Positions 59,801 to 64,000 of a stretch of DNA of 64,000 nucleotides are shown here, piece by piece. Made by a program: the position numbers and the translations under genes. Positions within the stretch are counted from its first letter, which is position 1. Each line of letters begins with the position of its first letter. The stretch lies in contig CM060731.1 in NCBI GenBank assembly GCA_030704615.1, positions 45,570,001 to 45,634,000 of the forward strand. The letters are read 5' to 3'. The notes beneath the pieces were generated by a model. It worked only from the letters and a program-made list of their open reading frames with translations. It had not been told where the DNA came from and ran no database searches. The stretch comes from Takakia lepidozioides (Eukaryota; Plantae; Bryophyta).

Positions 59801-62800
59801 GATGCAGGCCCTGCTGTTGGACCTGCCCGACAGAGCTCAAGAACCTTCAAGGCTGCACTCAGGCGGTCTTCTGGTCGCGTCACCACAACACCACGGTTGT
59901 CGATGCACTCCTGATAAGTGCGTCTCATGACTTCCACCTGCTTCGCATTGACTCTCATATCACGCCAGCAAGGGAAGGTGTATATTCGCCGGTTGAGCAA
60001 GCCACCCAGCTTAAATGCCAACCCATCAAAGTTTGTTCGATACAGCGAACCAAGTACTGTGAGACGTGCAAACTGGTGACCGTCAGGTATGGAAAGACAA
60101 AGTGCAGGCACAATCACACTAGTTTTCCCTTCACCCATGTTCAACTGCAACACTGCGCTCTTGTTGTCCATGGGGCACAACATTCGATGCATGACATCAA
60201 TCTGGATAGGTCGTATAAGAAAATCTCCTTCTAGTTCAAGGAGCAGCCAATCTGGCCTTCTTTTCGGTGACCAATTTGAATGCCCGTGATTTCTTAGTTC
60301 CTTTCTTAAGGCCATGTCATTCCCTGCATCCAGGAAGTGTAGGCAACGCTCTGCTTGCTGCTCCAGAGTCCAAATGACGGCTAAAGCACCCAGCGCCAGT
60401 TCAATACCTTTGTAGCCTTCCAAAGCATCTCCACCAGTGACAATGCATGGCAAAAGCACCACTGGGACAACTCGGGGCCAGAGACCTGCTGCTTCCCATG
60501 CCTGTGATGTCCACATGCCAGTGGCAGAGCCAAATCTGTTTCTACATATGACTTTGGGGTCAGAACAAGGCTCCATAGTAGCGTGAATGTCCGCCCAGAG
60601 AGAAGTTGATTTGATCTTGCAGAGTCTCAGTTTTTCAACAAGCGTGTGCCTGCTTACAATGAGCTCATGTTCCACCTTGAGTTTATTGCGCTCAGCTTGA
60701 TGAACTCTCCAACTTTCTCTCAGATCTGAGTCGAATTTCTTGGAAACTTCACAAGTTGTTTCATCCATTCGTAAAGGAAATTTAGGCATTTCCAGTGGCA
60801 CACAATCCACCTTTCTTGCATTGTGTTCAGTACCAATGGTTCGCCCCCATTGGCCAGATTGAAAAATTGGCTCCACTTCTGCAAAACTCAAATCTGTAAA
60901 TGTACAATTGGGCATGGGAAAACAGAATCGCCTGCTGGATATTGTCATGGTTATATCATCACAGGGTACGACCACAGGGGGCTGGCCATTTAGTGCCTTG
61001 CTTTTAGACACGTTCCAAACCCTCTCCTCAACACGCAACACAAATTTGTGAAGCTCTAGATTTTCACGCCAGCGTGTTATGAGACTGTTGACAGCTTTGG
61101 TGGCAGAGGAAGAGTCAATAGTTTTCCTTGTCGGAAAATGTACAGTAAATGGCCACGCTGATTCGGCTAGGTTAACGAGGTCCATAATGTCCTTCTGGAA
61201 TGTCTTTCGATACTCTTTTCCTTTCCTTTTGGAGAACATGTCTTCAGTCTCGCCTGAATACATACTTCTGCTGTTTGCCATTTCCCAGGTTTCTTGAGTG
61301 AGTGCATGTCCATCAATTGAGGATTTGACCTTATTGGAATCGAAGTCAGCCTCGATTGTCTCGATATAACTCGTATGCTTTGGCGGATTTAAATGCTGAA
61401 ACTCGGCAGCTTGAACGGCCACACACAAAAGCACGAACAACTGCTCAGCTTCAACGCCGCAATATGCTAGAAGTGAGAGGAACAAGGTGAACTCATCACG
61501 CTGATGTTGTTTACTGACCTGCCTTGCATGATTGTAGAGATCCAGCCAAACATCCGCAAAATTCTCGGAGATTTTCCGCCATGAACTGACAGTAGGATTT
61601 TTGGAGAAGAAGTCTTTGCCAGTGACACCACAGAGTGTCGCTCGCTCCAACAAGAGCGAATGCAGCAACCCCCTCTGAGAGATCGCAACACATCTCCAAC
61701 GGAGTCCAGCCTCTGCCAGGCTTCGAACAGTCTGATGCACCACAAATCTATCAACCTCCTGTGAAGACAAGTTGATGGATGCTGAAAGCTGGGTCGGTGG
61801 CCCGCCAAAAGAGGTCTCTATATCGGCAATCATCTGCACTTCCTTTCCAGATGTTTCGCGGGACCTCCAATAGGATTTCAGAAGAAGCCCCACGTCTCCA
61901 GTTGGAAGCCCTGGCGACTTGGAGAGGCCAGGGAAGAGGACTCTCAGGCGCTCACTACTGTCAATCAGATTCTTCACCACCAAGAGGAAGCCATCCAGAG
62001 ATGTGACAGAAAACATTGCATTTGGCCAGCTTACCGTCTGCATGCTGTGCAAATGACGCGGGTACCATTCTCGAATCGGAGACAGCTTGGCTATCTCAAA
62101 CAAGACAGAGAGCGCCTCTGGGTCGTAAGGTTTACAGGACCAGCAGCGAGCAGATTGAAGTAGCCTCATAGCAGACTCTGTTCCTGTCAAGCCTGTGAAC
62201 GGGTCGGGGAGCGCATGAGATGTTGAGGCATGAAGGAGAGCCAGATACAGCCATGCAGTTGTACTTGCTGGGCCTTGTAAACACTGGAGGCGGTTGTCAA
62301 TGTGATAAAAGAAGAAGCTCGGGGACGAAAACGAAGTGAGCGTCACTCGTACCGAAGGATGTCTTTCAAACTTGCCGTGACATCCCATGGTGGTGACAAG
62401 CGGGGTTGAATGCGGAATGAGTAGAATACACTTTCCGGTGCATTCCTTTGGTGGACCTAGTTCTTCTAGCACAAGACCATGGTGCAATCCAATTAATGTC
62501 CCAAGTGTCTGTCTTTGAGACACAATGTATCCAGGCCGCTCCCGCGACTCCATGGCCCCTGATTTGTCTACGTAAAAGCTTAGCCCTAAGCGTGGAAGCT
62601 CTGCTGAAACAACACCATTTTTTCCAGCAAATACATGGACATACTCTGATAACTCCAGTCGACATAACATTTTGTCGTAAATCTCTCTGAAGCTGTCACT
62701 GCGAAGATCCACCAAATTCCGATGCTTCTGCGTGTCGTATACAATGCCAGATCGAATGTCAAGAACGTATGGGAAAACATCCCCTTTCTCCCCTGAAAAG

Positions 62801-63999
62801 GTTTCGTCATCAAACCTGACCGGTCGAAACACCATGCATCCAATGTCAGTTCCAAATAACTCAGGAAGCTCACTTTTCTTTAACCCCGAGCAACTCTCCA
62901 CTTCCAAAATCCAATGACTGTGTTGCTCAATGAGAAGCCGAGGCAGATCACCCTTCAGAAAACGAGAGGGAAAGAGCTTAAACCTTCGGCCATCCTCACG
63001 GCGCTCTGTAACCAATAGACGTTCCTCGTCCATGGCAAATGTGAAATTTGCGTTGTGTAACTTGTGAATGGATACGAATGTTCCTCGGCTGGCAGCTGCT
63101 GCCTGCACCTGAAACACGTGGCTGCCGAAAAGCCTCTGATAATCCTCATGACTAGTTATTGAGGAAGGTAGCCGAGCCACTGGACATCCATCAACCAGAA
63201 AAGATCCTCCCAGCATGTCCATCTGCAAAACCATCTTGCGCCCACTTGAAGTGTGTTTGAACTCACAAGTCCACCACCGTTCTTGTGGTATCTCGCACTG
63301 CTCCCAACCTTCAATCTCACCTTGGTTAGCATCCACCCAATGTTTTGAGACAAAGGTGTCCAAGCACTCACTGTCCATCGTCATCAACTTGGCTAGAGGT
63401 TTTTCCAGACGAAGTGCTGTGATCTGCACTCTTCGAAGTAGGCTATGTTGTAACAATCCCCCAGACATTTTTGTATTCAGTATAACGTTGTCCTGAATGC
63501 AGGCCACGGCTTGTAGCCAAGATGTTGCATTGGCATTGTCTCTCAAAACTAGCTCCATATGACAGACATCCACATCAAACGTCAGCGCAGCAATGGCTGC
63601 CACATCAACGAGATTTGAGTGAAACTTCTGCAGTTCGTGAATAGGGGATGCCATCATCCTTCCCAGAACCCTCTTCATTCGGTCCAACCAATCTTCTGCA
63701 ATGGCACGGCAGGTGTGAAGAATATCGGCCGCATCCTGTTCCCAAGCAGCTTCAGACATTGCTAACAACCTTGCACCAATATTTACAATGCTTAACAAAC
63801 TTAAGTGAGCCTTCCAATTCTCTCGCATACTCTCCGCCAGAGACTTCAATTGATCCATGAAATATCTTGCAAACAACTTGTCTCGTAGGTCTACATGTGA
63901 CTCGCGCCACCATCCCCCCCAATCCTTTCCGGCTGCTGCTGGACCTGCCTGCCACAGTGCTTGCGATAACAACTTAGCAACACTCGGCTGAGACAGAGA
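56854..63999 (-). CDS. Giant DUF3638/DUF3645-domain P-loop (SF2 helicase-like) protein, 5' end outside window
   Basis: Uninterrupted frame of more than 2380 codons, open to the window edge. PDWLLLELEGDFLIRPIQ; QLNMGEGKTSVIVP (Walker A-like); DVLDESD; MAVPFRAKDRPVERAEFGHPDV (DUF3645); GFSGT; YLDDVHTRGTDL; LVQACMRMR; EEQERELEQ. Confidence 0.9.
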   Translation of the reverse strand, partial: SLSQPSVAKLLSQALWQAGPAAAGKDWGGWWRESHVDLRDKLFARYFMDQLKSLAESMRENWKAHLSLLSIVNIGARLLAMSEAAWEQDAADILHTCRAIAEDWLDRMKRVLGRMMASPIHELQKFHSNLVDVAAIAALTFDVDVCHMELVLRDNANATSWLQAVACIQDNVILNTKMSGGLLQHSLLRRVQITALRLEKPLAKLMTMDSECLDTFVSKHWVDANQGEIEGWEQCEIPQERWWTCEFKHTSSGRKMVLQMDMLGGSFLVDGCPVARLPSSITSHEDYQRLFGSHVFQVQAAAASRGTFVSIHKLHNANFTFAMDEERLLVTERREDGRRFKLFPSRFLKGDLPRLLIEQHSHWILEVESCSGLKKSELPELFGTDIGCMVFRPVRFDDETFSGEKGDVFPYVLDIRSGIVYDTQKHRNLVDLRSDSFREIYDKMLCRLELSEYVHVFAGKNGVVSAELPRLGLSFYVDKSGAMESRERPGYIVSQRQTLGTLIGLHHGLVLEELGPPKECTGKCILLIPHSTPLVTTMGCHGKFERHPSVRVTLTSFSSPSFFFYHIDNRLQCLQGPASTTAWLYLALLHASTSHALPDPFTGLTGTESAMRLLQSARCWSCKPYDPEALSVLFEIAKLSPIREWYPRHLHSMQTVSWPNAMFSVTSLDGFLLVVKNLIDSSERLRVLFPGLSKSPGLPTGDVGLLLKSYWRSRETSGKEVQMIADIETSFGGPPTQLSASINLSSQEVDRFVVHQTVRSLAEAGLRWRCVAISQRGLLHSLLLERATLCGVTGKDFFSKNPTVSSWRKISENFADVWLDLYNHARQVSKQHQRDEFTLFLSLLAYCGVEAEQLFVLLCVAVQAAEFQHLNPPKHTSYIETIEADFDSNKVKSSIDGHALTQETWEMANSRSMYSGETEDMFSKRKGKEYRKTFQKDIMDLVNLAESAWPFTVHFPTRKTIDSSSATKAVNSLITRWRENLELHKFVLRVEERVWNVSKSKALNGQPPVVVPCDDITMTISSRRFCFPMPNCTFTDLSFAEVEPIFQSGQWGRTIGTEHNARKVDCVPLEMPKFPLRMDETTCEVSKKFDSDLRESWRVHQAERNKLKVEHELIVSRHTLVEKLRLCKIKSTSLWADIHATMEPCSDPKVICRNRFGSATGMWTSQAWEAAGLWPRVVPVVLLPCIVTGGDALEGYKGIELALGALAVIWTLEQQAERCLHFLDAGNDMALRKELRNHGHSNWSPKRRPDWLLLELEGDFLIRPIQIDVMHRMLCPMDNKSAVLQLNMGEGKTSVIVPALCLSIPDGHQFARLTVLGSLYRTNFDGLAFKLGGLLNRRIYTFPCWRDMRVNAKQVEVMRRTYQECIDNRGVVVTRPEDRLSAALKVLELCRAGPTAGPASEFRNVQNWVNSSARDVLDESDWILHVKYQLVYTIGEQKTIDGGSLRWVVSQSVLRSACRHFVDIRGQFGVDAIEYEAASEGSFVFPHVRLLKEEANVVLCEMIADDILAGRDDSLPLRELRQVDTCTIREFILPCSNTHVPVSLARIHEILSDEQTLNTVLILRGLLCYGVLLYALRFRWRVQFGVRPFGQTKMAVPFRAKDRPVERAEFGHPDVAIMLTQLTYYNSGLSDEMLLDAFARLMQSSNSEFEYSRWLEGLPAELVPSSIRTLSGINLNDSVQTNEKLNPILRKNMRVIDFWLANAVFPTESKQFEKKLVASAWDLCCHSAEGRPVTGFSGTKDTNLLLPASIRQHDMDELQGTDGAVIENLLREENSCYSSLQPCVSSSEILQKVVASNSRVLLDVGALMVEWSNQEVAGMWLRMLVDESTIEAAIYFDDDQIMTINREGQRSPLPLSPYHQKMQHCIVYLDDVHTRGTDLKMPRNYHACVTLGSGITKDRLVQACMRMRMLGEGQSVSFWASQEVHKSILSLLPPSPNECKLTSADVLYWATQNSVKTIKEGLRFWGSQGLSHCRKQAVNSLYTEQISGDSSLQLLGHLSAENEVTMLSDFYGGERTVLPLPTVTRSQLESVAKSLQECFGSGFEAHSTVLRLGHDIIKRIDQYGGAVECFAQVLDEEQERELEQDLEEEREIYRPGEATPHQPFLSPHVRRLATDGYFDPSSSSDFLPLLEALECTLLWKRAESGAWSDKIFVTRDFVTVLDDTSESTGGDFLRPVAWVAIVGECQAIVLLSPFEVNLLLPMFRLGRGARLHMVAPRVRPGQDLMLFDPALMLPHPKSMQSCTLDEPLLVAQLLAFSGSVFFANNGEQLAYCSFLGLCPRPRSKAQDDAFQQGHIQQDGFVLPARRRSLLNSSSMATCAFLKSPVRFMNDLLETRGWQGHPLGSHVGQILSLGQLASISNDVPSSCLHVSAMTHSLSKLEC

Positions 64000-64000
64000 C

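Overview
This is nuclear DNA from a land plant, probably a non-seed plant. That call rests on GT-AG introns, many PLS-DYW PPR genes of the moss/fern type, and a DUF3638/DUF3645 gene; the species cannot be determined from the sequence. 1-12.6 kb: a decayed Mutator-like element (MULE) with a Ulp1-like protease gene, a SWIM-type transposase whose two halves lie on opposite strands, a third gene remnant, and dense CAGCAGAC-type motifs. 12.6-16.2 kb: repeats, a ~94-nt hairpin, ctpA exon fragments and LINE 3' ends. 16.7-40 kb: a cluster of PLS-class PPR organellar RNA-editing genes. One is a canonical DYW gene. Three paralogs carry intron-split tandem copies of an OSB-type PDF (ssDNA-binding) motif upstream of the PPR tract, which is the most notable signal in the window. 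41-50 kb: a multi-exon mitochondrial-type DnaJ gene with a (TC)n-associated LINE in an intron. 51-56.5 kb: PPR relics. 56.9-64 kb: the 3' part of a giant intronless DUF3638/DUF3645 helicase-like ORF. Gene models were built by eye and coordinates of decayed elements are approximate.
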